A stretch of DNA of 64,000 nucleotides from Nitrospirota bacterium (GTDB lineage Bacteria; Nitrospirota; Nitrospiria; 2-01-FULL-66-17), in contig JBMOMC010000044.1 of NCBI GenBank assembly GCA_049325335.1, forward strand, positions 1 to 64,000, written 5' to 3'. Of the stretch, positions 18,545-28,317 are shown piece after piece; positions within the stretch are counted from its first letter, which is position 1, and each line of letters begins with the position of its first letter. The translations under genes and the position numbers were made by a program. The notes under the pieces are model-generated. The model was not told the origin of the DNA. It saw only the letters and a program-made list of their open reading frames with translations, and searched no databases.

Positions 18545-19875
18545 GGCGTACTCCTTTCTTCGTCACGCATTAGAGGGACAGAGACGGTCACCGTTGTTCC
18601 GCGGCCCGGTTGTGATTCGATGGCGACGTGCCCGCGGAGGCGAGCCGCCCGTTCTCGCATGATCGAGGTGCCGATATGCTGTCCGCTGGAATCGTCCGCC
18701 CGAGACGGATCAAACCCGGTCCCGTCGTCGGTCACCCGCAGCCGCCACCACCCGTCCGCGCGTTCGCAGGACACGACCACGGAGGACGCGCAGGCGTGTT
18801 TGCGCACGTTGGCCAACGCTTCCTGCGCGATCCGAAACACCTCCGTCTGTTGGCCGAAGGACAGCGCGGCGGCTTCGTGCGCGCCGGACAGCTCGGTCCG
18901 AATTCCGGTTCGATGCTGAAACTCCCGCACCTGCTGTTCCAACGCCGAGCAAAACGACCCGGGCTCGATCGGCGTCATCCGGAAATCCGCCAGCAGGTGC
19001 CGCACGTCTTCGTACGTGCGCTGGACGACGCATTGAACGGCCTCCAGTTCGCGGCTCACCCCGTCGGATCCGCCGCGGGCCGCCAGGTCCTGAACGCGGC
19101 GCACTTTAAGGTTCAAATAGGCGAGCGATTGGGCGACGCCGTCGTGCAACTCCGCGGCGATCACGCGCCGTTCATGGGCCACCGCCAGTTCACGGATGTG
19201 TCGGCCCCACGCCGCGTTATCGATCCCCGCGCCCACGTGCAGGCCGATGGCGCGCAGCAGCGACCGATCAACCGCCACGAATGCCCCTGACCGTTCGGCG
19301 TACAGCGTCAGCAACCCGAAGGTCCGGCCTTGGGAATGAAGCGGTACCGCCACCAGAGACCCGATCCGCTCGTCAAGACACGCGGGCCGTTCAAGGCGCT
19401 GGTCGCGGGCCAGATCGTTCACCACCAGCGGCTCATCCCCATACACGGCCCGCCCGCACAGACACGCTCCCTTCGGAATCCGGCACTCCAATTGCCAGAA
19501 TCGCTCGCTGAGGCCGCGGCGAGCCACCAGTCGCAGCTCCTCCGTTTCCTCCCGCACCAGATGGATCGCGCCCGTGTCCGCGCCGGTGAGGCTCAACAAG
19601 CGGTCGAGCAACCCATTCAACGCCCCCTCCACCTCTGGCGCCCGGCACACGGTCGCGCTCAGCGCCTGCAACACGCTCAGCGCGTCGTCCACCATCGGCG
19701 GGCCGTCGAGTTGCACCAGATCAGCCTCTCCAGGGTCCGTGTGGTCTCGTCCTTGATCCTGACAAGCCCCAGCAAGCGCTGCTCTCATCACCACGCCTCC
19801 TGTTTCACCCCCGCCGATTTCTCCACGTTGTTCCCGGTCAGGAGCGTCCTCCTTCCCTGACCCGAAATGCGTCAT
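18541..19875 (-). CDS. Cytoplasmic GAF sensor histidine kinase (HisKA_3, NarX/NreB-like)
   Basis: GAF with CRIPKGACLCG; ERRVIAAELHDGVAQSL; QEALANVRKHA; DDGTGFD; start uncertain. Confidence 0.88.
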   Translation of the reverse strand: MTHFGSGKEDAPDREQRGEIGGGETGGVVMRAALAGACQDQGRDHTDPGEADLVQLDGPPMVDDALSVLQALSATVCRAPEVEGALNGLLDRLLSLTGADTGAIHLVREETEELRLVARRGLSERFWQLECRIPKGACLCGRAVYGDEPLVVNDLARDQRLERPACLDERIGSLVAVPLHSQGRTFGLLTLYAERSGAFVAVDRSLLRAIGLHVGAGIDNAAWGRHIRELAVAHERRVIAAELHDGVAQSLAYLNLKVRRVQDLAARGGSDGVSRELEAVQCVVQRTYEDVRHLLADFRMTPIEPGSFCSALEQQVREFQHRTGIRTELSGAHEAAALSFGQQTEVFRIAQEALANVRKHACASSVVVSCERADGWWRLRVTDDGTGFDPSRADDSSGQHIGTSIMRERAARLRGHVAIESQPGRGTTVTVSVPLMRDEERSTP

Positions 19876-19923
19876 CAGTTTGGACTACTCTCGAGCAGAA
19901 AGAAACACCCCAAAGGGAGTGTT

Positions 19924-20889
19924 TTATACGGGGTGCGTTGAAGAAACAGGCCGGGTCCGACCGACCGACGAGTCCGCCTTGGGAGACGCCCCGGAGACGA
20001 CGCGCCGCCGGTACTGCGCCAGCGCGTCCTGACACTGGGCGCCTTGCAAACCGAGATTACACGCCGCGTAATCGATCGCCAGCTTTTCGCCCAGCATCGT
20101 GACCACCGCGTCCTCGGTCCAGTACGCGTTATGGCTGAGCAGATTCCACCGCGTCAGCAGGTTGCCCGCTTCGATGACGACGTCCGCGGTCACAGCTGTC
20201 GCATACGCCTCGTTGAGCGATGTAAGCGGATACCCCACCACGTCGTCCGTGTCGTAGATGTTCAGCCACACGCCGGAGGCTGACTCGACGCGGACCGGCG
20301 CGTCAAACCGGTCCACCATCAACCCGGGTCCCCCGTTCCCGACCCCGCCGGCCGGCGCGTGCGCGGCATACAGGGCCAGGGGCGAGCCCACGGTAAAAAA
20401 ATTCACGAAGTCCACGCCGAAATGGTCTCTGAATCCGGACCCGCAGCGGCGCGTGTGGTCGTAGATGAAGTCCGACGCGATGATCGAGCCCAGGCTGTGC
20501 GCGACCACGGTGAGGTGTCCGCTCTCCGTCTTCAGCCGCCGTCGGAGCGCGTCCGCCAGTGCCCGGTGGATCTCCTCGTACACCGCGGCTCCCTGGTACG
20601 CGATCACGTCGCCCATGAACCGCATGGCGAACGCGCGCAATCGATCGACGCGACCGCTGAACAGACGCCGTTCGAGCTCCTTGAGAAACCCTTCGGGAAC
20701 CGACGCCCACTGTCCGGGGATGACGTTCAGGAGCGGTCCGCGCGGCGCGCCCGGCAGGTGATACCGGTCGGACACCTCGCCGAGACACCGTCGAACCGCG
20801 GCCGTGAGGTCGCGGCCGAATTCCGTGATCACAGTCGGGTAGTCGCCGATGCCGTGGACGACAAGGACGTTGAGGGGATGGCCGGTCAT
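19924..20889 (-). CDS. Putative alpha/beta hydrolase
   Basis: VHGIG, AHSLGS nucleophile elbow, NIYDTDDVVGYPL, SHNAYW. Confidence 0.7.
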   Translation of the reverse strand: MTGHPLNVLVVHGIGDYPTVITEFGRDLTAAVRRCLGEVSDRYHLPGAPRGPLLNVIPGQWASVPEGFLKELERRLFSGRVDRLRAFAMRFMGDVIAYQGAAVYEEIHRALADALRRRLKTESGHLTVVAHSLGSIIASDFIYDHTRRCGSGFRDHFGVDFVNFFTVGSPLALYAAHAPAGGVGNGGPGLMVDRFDAPVRVESASGVWLNIYDTDDVVGYPLTSLNEAYATAVTADVVIEAGNLLTRWNLLSHNAYWTEDAVVTMLGEKLAIDYAACNLGLQGAQCQDALAQYRRRVVSGASPKADSSVGRTRPVSSTHPV

Positions 20890-20898
20890 GGTTCCAGG

Positions 20899-21555
20899 CT
20901 ATACGCCGGATCGGCCCCCGGTTCCCACGCGGCCTTCTTTTTCAATCTCCCGTTTGCGCGCCACGGCTTCCGCCTGAATGCGCGTCTTACAGGCGTCGCA
21001 AATAATCTCAGCCGAAGGAGCGCCGCAGACCCGGCAGCGGGACACCGTCTCGCCGCGCGGCTCCGACGGGGCGGTGGTCGTGCTCGCGGCCGACCCGGAC
21101 TGACGCGCGACGGACCGGCTCGTTTTGATCGTCAACACGGGACAGGAGGCGTGTTGCACCACCCGCTCGGCCACGCTGCCCCAAAACGCATGGCTGAAGC
21201 CGGTTCGCCCGTGGGTGCCCATCACGATCAGATCCACTCCGTATCGCGGGACCGCGGCGCGGATTTCGGCGTACGACGAGCCGACCGCGATGTGCCACTC
21301 CACCCGGATACCCTGAACGCGGACCTGCTCCACCCAATCGTGCATCATGTCCGCGAGTTTCTTGGTCACGTCGGGCGCATATCCCGGGTACAGCCCGGCG
21401 AGCTCGGGCCCGTACGCCGGCGGTTCCACCACGTGCAGAAACACCACCCGCGCGGAAAACATCGCGGCGAGATCCATCGCGTATCGCATGGCCTCAAGCG
21501 AACAGTCGGAAAAATCCGTGGGAACCAGAATCGTACGAATCTCGATGGTGGTCAT
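20899..21555 (-). CDS. Universal stress protein with C-terminal Cys4 extension
   Basis: ILVPTDFS, DLIVMGTHGRTG, GSVAERVVQHASCPVL; tail CRVC-x8-CDAC. Confidence 0.88.
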   Translation of the reverse strand: MTTIEIRTILVPTDFSDCSLEAMRYAMDLAAMFSARVVFLHVVEPPAYGPELAGLYPGYAPDVTKKLADMMHDWVEQVRVQGIRVEWHIAVGSSYAEIRAAVPRYGVDLIVMGTHGRTGFSHAFWGSVAERVVQHASCPVLTIKTSRSVARQSGSAASTTTAPSEPRGETVSRCRVCGAPSAEIICDACKTRIQAEAVARKREIEKEGRVGTGGRSGV

Positions 21556-21618
21556 CGCCGTTCTCCCGTTGTGTCGAGGCGCTCACGTGAGCCATTGCGC
21601 GGGCGCCGCCCGTTCCAT

Positions 21619-22086
21619 TTACGCGGCGGTCGTCCGAGGCCGGATGGTCAACACCGGACACGCGGCGCCGCGAACCACGCGCTCCGCGACGCTCCCGAGA
21701 AGCACGTGCGGCAGGCCCGTGCGGCCGTGGGTGCCGATGATGATGAGGTCCGCCGACGAACCCTGCGCCGCCTTGAGAATCTCATCGACCGCGGTCCCCT
21801 CCCTCATCGTCGCGCGCGCGCCGGGTATCCGGCTCCGAATTTCTCGAGCAAGCGCGTCGAGTTGGCGGGTCGCTTCTTGTCGCATTTCACCGATCCACTG
21901 CTCCACGTTGTGCTGCAGTTGCAGACTGTGCGAGACGCCGACGTCAAAATACACGGGTCGCTCGAAGACGTGTACGATCTCTACCTCCGCGCCGACCCGT
22001 TCGGCGAACGCGACGGCATAGTCCACCGCCGCGCGAGAACAGGCGGAAAAATCGGCCGCGACGAGAATGCGTTGAATCGGTTTCAT
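21619..22086 (-). CDS. Universal stress protein
   Basis: ILVAADFS, GTHGRTGLPHVLLGSVAERVVR. Confidence 0.92.
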   Translation of the reverse strand: MKPIQRILVAADFSACSRAAVDYAVAFAERVGAEVEIVHVFERPVYFDVGVSHSLQLQHNVEQWIGEMRQEATRQLDALAREIRSRIPGARATMREGTAVDEILKAAQGSSADLIIIGTHGRTGLPHVLLGSVAERVVRGAACPVLTIRPRTTAA

Positions 22087-22149
22087 CTGGTCTCCTCGGG
22101 GGCCCGTTCATGAACGGGCTGTGTGAACCATTCGCACGCGTCGTCGGAC

Positions 22150-24918
22150 TCAGGATGCACGAGGTTCTCGTCTCCGGCGCAGCCATTTCTCGCATTCCAC
22201 GGCGATGAAAACCGACGACGCCACGGCCGCGCAGAGCGCCAACTCTCGCCCCGTCAACGCCGCGGTGTGAAAGAACGTTTGCAGGAACGGGCTGTACGTC
22301 AACGCCAACTGGGCACCGACCGCGAGTAGGACCGCCCCGAGCAGTCTGGGGTTGGACCAGAGTCCGATGGTCCACAACGCCTCGCGCTCCGACCGGATCG
22401 CCAGCACGTGAAACATCTGAAACGCGGTCAACGTGAAGAAGGCCATGGTGTGGGCCCGCACCGGATCGCCCTGCGCCACCGACCACCCGAACACCGCGGC
22501 GGTGCCGATCCCCATGAGCAGCCCGACCCACACGATGTGCGCGCCCATCCCATCGGCGAAAATCGTCTCATCGGGTCGACGCGGCGGACGGCTCATGACC
22601 GCGCGCTCGGGCGGCTCGAATCCCAAGGCCAAGGCCGGCAACCCGTCCGAGACTAGGTTGATCCACAAAATCTGCACGGGGAGCAGAGGGATGGGAAGAC
22701 CGACGAGCATGGCCAGCATGACGGTTAGGATTTCTCCGCTGTTGGTCGAGAGCATATACCGTGTGAATTTCCGGATATTATCATAGATGATCCGTCCTTC
22801 TTCAACCGCCGAGACGATCGTCGAGAAATTGTCGTCCACCAGCACCATGTGCGAGGCTTCTCGGGCCACGTGCGTGCCGCCGCGCCCCATGGACACCCCG
22901 ATGTCCGCCATCTTGAGCGCGGGCGCGTCGTTCACGCCGTCACCGGTCATGGCCACCACCTCCCCCCGCCGCCTGAGCGCCGCCACGATTTTCACCTTAT
23001 GCTCCGGGGAGACGCGCGCATACACCGCGGTGGTCCCCGCCGCGTGCTCCAGAGCGTCGGCATCCATGCGCTCCAGCTCCTCGCCCGTCAGTACGCCGTC
23101 GGACGAGGTCTTGATCCCCAGGTTCACGGCAATCGCTTCGGCCGTGATCCGGTGGTCCCCGGTGATCATGACGGGACGGATGCCGGCCCGGCGACAGCGC
23201 GTCACGGCGGCCCGAACCTCGGGGCGCGGAGGATCCATCATCCCGAACAGCCCCAGAAAGTTCAACTCGGACTCAACGCCGGGCAGCGTCTCCGCGGAGG
23301 GCAATGCGTCAAGGCTTCGCACCGCGCACGCGATCACGCGCACGCCGTCCGACGAGAGCTCGCGGTTCGTGCGTACGATCCGGTCGCGCCAATCCTGCGA
23401 GAGCCCCTCGACCGACCCCGTCCATGCCGCGGTGGTGGATCGGGCCAGCACCTCGTCGATGCCGCCCTTGGTCACCGCCCACAGTCGGCCGCCGCGATCG
23501 CGGTGAATCGTGGTCATCAACCTCCGGTCGGAATTGAACGGCAATTCAGCAACCCTGGGATACTCGCCTTCGAGCGTCTCCTTCCAAAACCCGGCCTTGG
23601 CCGCGGCGACCAAGAGCGCGCCCTCGGTGGGGTCGCCCACCACCGTCCATTGGTCGTCGTGTGCCCGCAGCTCCGCGTTGGTGCACAAGGCGGCCCACCG
23701 CAGGAGCTGCGCGAACGATTCATCGTCTTTCGGGTTCACGGGCGCCCCGTTCTCAATGAACCCGCCTTCGGGACGATACGCGTCTCCCGTCACCTCCACC
23801 AACCGCCCCCCGTGCGCCACGATCACCACCGACATCACGTTTTGCGTCAGGGTTCCGGTCTTGTCGGAGCAAATCGTGGTCACGCATCCCAAGGTTTCAA
23901 CGGCCGGCAGTTTTCGAATCAACGCCTGCCGCCGAGCCATGCGCAGACCGCCGAGCGCCAACACGATGGCCACCATCGCGGGCAGCCCCTCGGGAATCAC
24001 GGCCACGGCCAAACTCACGGCCGTGAGCAACATGAGGGTGAACGGTTCTCCGCGCCAGAGACCGACCGCGAACACCAGCGCGGTGAGGACCACGGTGGCG
24101 ACCGCCAGTCGTTTACCGAGGTGATTCAGTCTGCGCTGGAGCGGGGTTGGCGGCTCGTGCACGCTCTGGAGCAGCCCCGCAATTTTGCCCAATTCCGCGG
24201 CCATGCCGGTTTCGGTCACGACCGCCGCGGCTCGCCCCGCCGCGACCGTGGTGCCCATGAACACCATGTCGGCGCGATCGCCGATCGCAATGGCGTCGCG
24301 GTGGAGCGTCCGGACGTGTTTACTCGCGGGTACGGACTCGCCGGTCAGCGACGATTCGTTGACCAGAAGTTGCAGGGCCTCGATGAGACGCCCATCGGCC
24401 GGCACTCGGTCGCCCGCCTCCAACACCATGATGTCGCCCGGCACGACATGGCTGGACGGCACCCCGACAATCCTCCCGTCGCGCCGCACGGTCGCGACCG
24501 GCCTCTCGAGTTCCCGCAGCGCGGCCACCGCGCGTTCCGCGCGATAGTGCTGGCCCAAACCGAGCGCGAGGTTGATCACCACGACCACCGAGATCAGCAC
24601 GGCGTCGCCCGCGTCGCCGGCGGCCCAGGCGATGATCGCGGCGGCCACGAGCACCAGGATCATCACGTCCGAGATCTGGCCGACCACCAGCGACCACAGC
24701 CGGGCCCGGTCCTTTACCGGGAGCGTGTTGAGTCCGTAGCCGCCCAACCGATGTTCGGCCTCCACGCTCGAGAGTCCTTGGCGCGAGGTCCTAAGCGCGC
24801 GGAGCGCGTCCTCCACGTCCATTCCGTACCAGCGCGCGGCCTGGTGAGCCATCAGGCGCTCATGATTGAGCGGGGCGCGCGACGGTCGGCCGTATCCGCC
24901 GATGAGCGACCGCGTCAC
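22150..24918 (-). CDS. Ca2+-type (P-IIA) P-type ATPase
   Basis: LTGES, AVIPEGLPA, DKTGTLTQN, TGDGVNDAPAL, STNSGE, LWINLVSDGLPALAL; start could be 24852. Confidence 0.9.
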   Translation of the reverse strand: MTRSLIGGYGRPSRAPLNHERLMAHQAARWYGMDVEDALRALRTSRQGLSSVEAEHRLGGYGLNTLPVKDRARLWSLVVGQISDVMILVLVAAAIIAWAAGDAGDAVLISVVVVINLALGLGQHYRAERAVAALRELERPVATVRRDGRIVGVPSSHVVPGDIMVLEAGDRVPADGRLIEALQLLVNESSLTGESVPASKHVRTLHRDAIAIGDRADMVFMGTTVAAGRAAAVVTETGMAAELGKIAGLLQSVHEPPTPLQRRLNHLGKRLAVATVVLTALVFAVGLWRGEPFTLMLLTAVSLAVAVIPEGLPAMVAIVLALGGLRMARRQALIRKLPAVETLGCVTTICSDKTGTLTQNVMSVVIVAHGGRLVEVTGDAYRPEGGFIENGAPVNPKDDESFAQLLRWAALCTNAELRAHDDQWTVVGDPTEGALLVAAAKAGFWKETLEGEYPRVAELPFNSDRRLMTTIHRDRGGRLWAVTKGGIDEVLARSTTAAWTGSVEGLSQDWRDRIVRTNRELSSDGVRVIACAVRSLDALPSAETLPGVESELNFLGLFGMMDPPRPEVRAAVTRCRRAGIRPVMITGDHRITAEAIAVNLGIKTSSDGVLTGEELERMDADALEHAAGTTAVYARVSPEHKVKIVAALRRRGEVVAMTGDGVNDAPALKMADIGVSMGRGGTHVAREASHMVLVDDNFSTIVSAVEEGRIIYDNIRKFTRYMLSTNSGEILTVMLAMLVGLPIPLLPVQILWINLVSDGLPALALGFEPPERAVMSRPPRRPDETIFADGMGAHIVWVGLLMGIGTAAVFGWSVAQGDPVRAHTMAFFTLTAFQMFHVLAIRSEREALWTIGLWSNPRLLGAVLLAVGAQLALTYSPFLQTFFHTAALTGRELALCAAVASSVFIAVECEKWLRRRREPRAS

Positions 24919-26435
24919 GCCGGTTCTTCGATCCGGAGGACATCCGGTTGCCCCTGGACGTACCCCAAGGCGTAAGCCAGTTCGCCGGGGCTCTCGGCAT
25001 GGAGCGTGAGCAGCGGCTGGCCGACCGCGACGTCCGCGCCCAGCGCCGCGTGCAACTCAATCCCCGCGGCGCGCGCCTGCGGAGCACCGGACAATTTCGC
25101 GACGCGGGCCAGTCGCCGGTTGTCGATCTCCGCCACCCGGCCGGCCCGTCGCGCGGCCACCACCGCGGTGTGGGAAGCACGCGGGGGCTCACGCATCCCG
25201 CCTTGGGCGTCGCAGATTGCGACGAACTTGCGCCACGCACGGCCGTCGTCCAACACCGCTCGGGCCTCGGCATATCCGGTTCCGAACGGCGCGTGACCGG
25301 CCGACTCGAGGACATAGCCGGCCAACGCCAACCCCCGCTCGCGCAGCGCGGCCGGCGCTCCCGGCGCTCCGCGGAGCACCGCCACCGCGTCGCGCGCCTC
25401 GAGCGCGGGCCCGAGCCCGTGACCGACCGGCTGCGAGCCGTCGGTCATCACCACCAACACGTGGAGTCCCACCGCACGGCCCACCACGGTGAGTTGCTCG
25501 CTCAGCGCGTACGCCGCTTCCGCGGTCCGCACCTTGGCGGTCGGCCCCACCGGAAGGTCCACAACCACGTGAGTGGAACCCGCGGCCGCCTTCTTCGACA
25601 GAATCGAGGCCACGAGCTGCCCCTCCCCGTCGAGATCAAGGGGCCGCGACACGCGGATCAACACGTCGTCGGCCGGACTCAGCAACACCGACCCGCCCCA
25701 GACCAGACACCCGCCTTCCTTGTCCACCACTCGTCGCATCGCCGCGATGTCCAGCGTGACCGGGGCCAGGGTTTCCATGGTGTCCGCGGTGCCCGACGGG
25801 GAGGTAATCGCGCGCGAGGAGGTCTTGGGCATGATCAACCCGCACGCGGCCGCGATCGGCACCACGATCAGGGACGTTCGGTTGCCGGGAATCCCCCCCA
25901 CGCTGTGTTTGTCCGCCACCGGCCGTCGCCCCCAGTCGATACGTTGCCCCGCGTCAATCATCGCGCGCGTCAGGGCGACGGTCTCGTCCACATCGAGTCC
26001 GCCGCCGGCGCTGGCCGTGAGAAACGCCGCCAGCTCAACGTCGGCGTAGCGCCCCGCCGCGATGTCGCGGACAATGGCGGTGATGGCCTCCGGATCCAGC
26101 CGTTTGCCGTGCACCTTGGCCCGCACCGAGCCCAACGACTCCAAGGGCGGGGGATGCCGCACCGTGACGAAATCGCCGGGCGCGGCCCCAAGCAACCGCC
26201 ACGCCGCTTCGGAGACGCCCGCCTCATCCCGGGCCAACAGATCGGACGTGACCACGTTCAAGGTCGCGATGACCGGACGCCCGTCGCGGCGGATCTCGAC
26301 CCGAGACTGCGCCTCAAATCCCTCGGAGCGGCACACGTCGCAATCCTGCCGCATGTAAATGACCGGCTCTTGGTACGTATCGATGCCCAGCCGCTTGAGT
26401 CGGAGTCGGTGCCCGGGACGATTCTCGGCGTTCAT
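24915..26435 (-). CDS. Thymidine phosphorylase family protein (AMP phosphorylase-like)
   Basis: DKHSVGGIPGNRT, PKTSSRAITSPSGTADTME, ASILSKKAAAGS; ATGA overlap with the upstream gene. Confidence 0.9.
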   Translation of the reverse strand: MNAENRPGHRLRLKRLGIDTYQEPVIYMRQDCDVCRSEGFEAQSRVEIRRDGRPVIATLNVVTSDLLARDEAGVSEAAWRLLGAAPGDFVTVRHPPPLESLGSVRAKVHGKRLDPEAITAIVRDIAAGRYADVELAAFLTASAGGGLDVDETVALTRAMIDAGQRIDWGRRPVADKHSVGGIPGNRTSLIVVPIAAACGLIMPKTSSRAITSPSGTADTMETLAPVTLDIAAMRRVVDKEGGCLVWGGSVLLSPADDVLIRVSRPLDLDGEGQLVASILSKKAAAGSTHVVVDLPVGPTAKVRTAEAAYALSEQLTVVGRAVGLHVLVVMTDGSQPVGHGLGPALEARDAVAVLRGAPGAPAALRERGLALAGYVLESAGHAPFGTGYAEARAVLDDGRAWRKFVAICDAQGGMREPPRASHTAVVAARRAGRVAEIDNRRLARVAKLSGAPQARAAGIELHAALGADVAVGQPLLTLHAESPGELAYALGYVQGQPDVLRIEEPA

Positions 26436-27790
26436 GCCAGGCGCGCGACCTCGCGATGTTCCGGAACCCGGCACGGCCATCCCAACTCGTGTTCAATACG
26501 GCGGCGCAGCGCGTCGGCCGCCGCGGGTTCGCCGTGCACGAGAAACGTCAAACGCGGCGGCGCGGGCACCGCCCGCAGCCATGCCATGAGTTCGTCCGCG
26601 TCCGCGTGCGCGGACACGTTGTTCATTGCCACGACCTCCGCGTTGACCGGGACGTGCTCCCCGTGGATCTTGACCGATCGCGCCCCCGCGACGAGCGCCG
26701 CGCCGCGCGTGCCGGGAACCTGATACCCCACGAACAGAATCGTATTCTTCGGATCCGGGGCGAACGCCTTGAGGTGATGGATCACCCGTCCGCCGGTGGC
26801 CATGCCGCTCGCCGAAATGATAATCATGGGGCCGTCCATCCTGTTCAAGCGTTTGGACGCGTCCACGTCGGTTACGAACCGCGCGGTCCGGCTCACGGCC
26901 TCACACTGCGCTGCGGTGAGACGGTGCTCGCGGTGCGCGGCCATGTACAGGCCCGTGGCGTCCACGGCCATCGGGCTGTTCAAAAACACCGGGATATCTG
27001 GGATCTTTCCGCCGGATTTCAACCGCTCGATGTAATAGAGCATGGTTTGAGCGCGCCCCACCGCGAACGCGGGAATGATCACCACCCCGCCGCGACCCGC
27101 CGTGCGGTTGATGACCGTGCCGAGCGCCGTTTCGGGATCGGTCGGATCGTGAACCCGATCGCCGTAGGTGGATTCCACGACCAAATAGTCCGGAGCGGCG
27201 ATCGAGGCCGGCGGCCGCATGATGGGATCGCGCGGGCGCCCCAGATCGCCCGAAAACGTGATCGTGGCGCCCGCGAACGTCAACGTCACCAACGAAGCGC
27301 CCAACAAGTGCCCCGCAGGATCCAGCCGGACTTCCAATCCGTCCCCGAGGTCGTGACGTTTTTCGTACGCGATCGGGATGATGTGCGTCAGCGCGCGCTG
27401 AGCGTCGAGGCGGGTAAACAGCGGGAGGGCGGGCGCGTGTTTGGAGTACCCGTGCCGGTTGGCGTATTGCGCCTCCTCTTCCTGGAGAAACCCCGCGTCC
27501 GGGAGCAAGATCCCACAAAGGTCTCTGGTCCCTCCGCTGCAAAACACCGGGCCCGAGAACCCCTGCTTCACCAACACGGGCAGGTAGCCGCTGTGGTCCA
27601 CGTGGGCGTGCGTCACCACCACCGCGTGAATCGACGCCGGGTCCACCGGCAACGGAGCCCAATTCCGCAGGCGGAGCTGCTTGAACCCCTGAAACAGGCC
27701 GCAGTCCACCAACACGCGTCGCCGACCGGCCGTCACGAGAAACTTTGACCCCGTGACCGTTCCGGCGGCCCCGAGAAACGCCACCCGCAT
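26432..27790 (-). CDS. MBL-fold beta-CASP metallo-hydrolase (RNA-processing nuclease family)
   Basis: GAAGTVTGSKF, THAHVDHSG, ESTYGDR, PAFAVGRAQ, SAHAD, VHGEP. Confidence 0.92.
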   Translation of the reverse strand: MRVAFLGAAGTVTGSKFLVTAGRRRVLVDCGLFQGFKQLRLRNWAPLPVDPASIHAVVVTHAHVDHSGYLPVLVKQGFSGPVFCSGGTRDLCGILLPDAGFLQEEEAQYANRHGYSKHAPALPLFTRLDAQRALTHIIPIAYEKRHDLGDGLEVRLDPAGHLLGASLVTLTFAGATITFSGDLGRPRDPIMRPPASIAAPDYLVVESTYGDRVHDPTDPETALGTVINRTAGRGGVVIIPAFAVGRAQTMLYYIERLKSGGKIPDIPVFLNSPMAVDATGLYMAAHREHRLTAAQCEAVSRTARFVTDVDASKRLNRMDGPMIIISASGMATGGRVIHHLKAFAPDPKNTILFVGYQVPGTRGAALVAGARSVKIHGEHVPVNAEVVAMNNVSAHADADELMAWLRAVPAPPRLTFLVHGEPAAADALRRRIEHELGWPCRVPEHREVARLA

Positions 27791-27855
27791 CGCGTCAGGT
27801 CGCACCGTTCAGCGCCCCCTCGCGCGTCGCGGGCCGGAGCCGGACGCCGGCGCGC

Positions 27856-28317
27856 TCACTCGGCCACCGCGGCGGGCGGAAGCGTGGCGATGAGGATCCA
27901 ATACTCGTGCACGGTGGTCACCACGCGCATAAAGTTCTCGAATTCCACCGGTTTTTGAATGTAGGTATTCACGCCCAAATGGTAGCTTCGCACGATATCC
28001 TGCTCCCGCTGCGACACGGTCAACACGATCACCGGGATGGCTTTGAGCGACGGGTCGTCCTTGATCTCGCGCAACACGTCCAATCCGCCGACCTTGGGGA
28101 GATTCAGATCCAGCAAAATCATCCCGGGGCGCGGCGACGCGGCGGGATCATGGTACTTACCGCGGCGGCGGAGGTAGTCGAGCGCTTCCTCGCCGTCACG
28201 CACCACCACCAGGTCGTTGCGAACCCGCCCCTTGGCGAACGCGCGCCGCGTGATTTCGATGTCCTGCAAATTGTCTTCCACCAGCAGGATGGTGACCGGC
28301 CTCGGTTCGCTGGTCAT
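27856..28317 (-). CDS. Single-domain response regulator (Rcp1-like)
   Basis: LLVEDN, ILLDLNLPKVGG, YHLGVNTYIQKP. Confidence 0.9.
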   Translation of the reverse strand: MTSEPRPVTILLVEDNLQDIEITRRAFAKGRVRNDLVVVRDGEEALDYLRRRGKYHDPAASPRPGMILLDLNLPKVGGLDVLREIKDDPSLKAIPVIVLTVSQREQDIVRSYHLGVNTYIQKPVEFENFMRVVTTVHEYWILIATLPPAAVAE

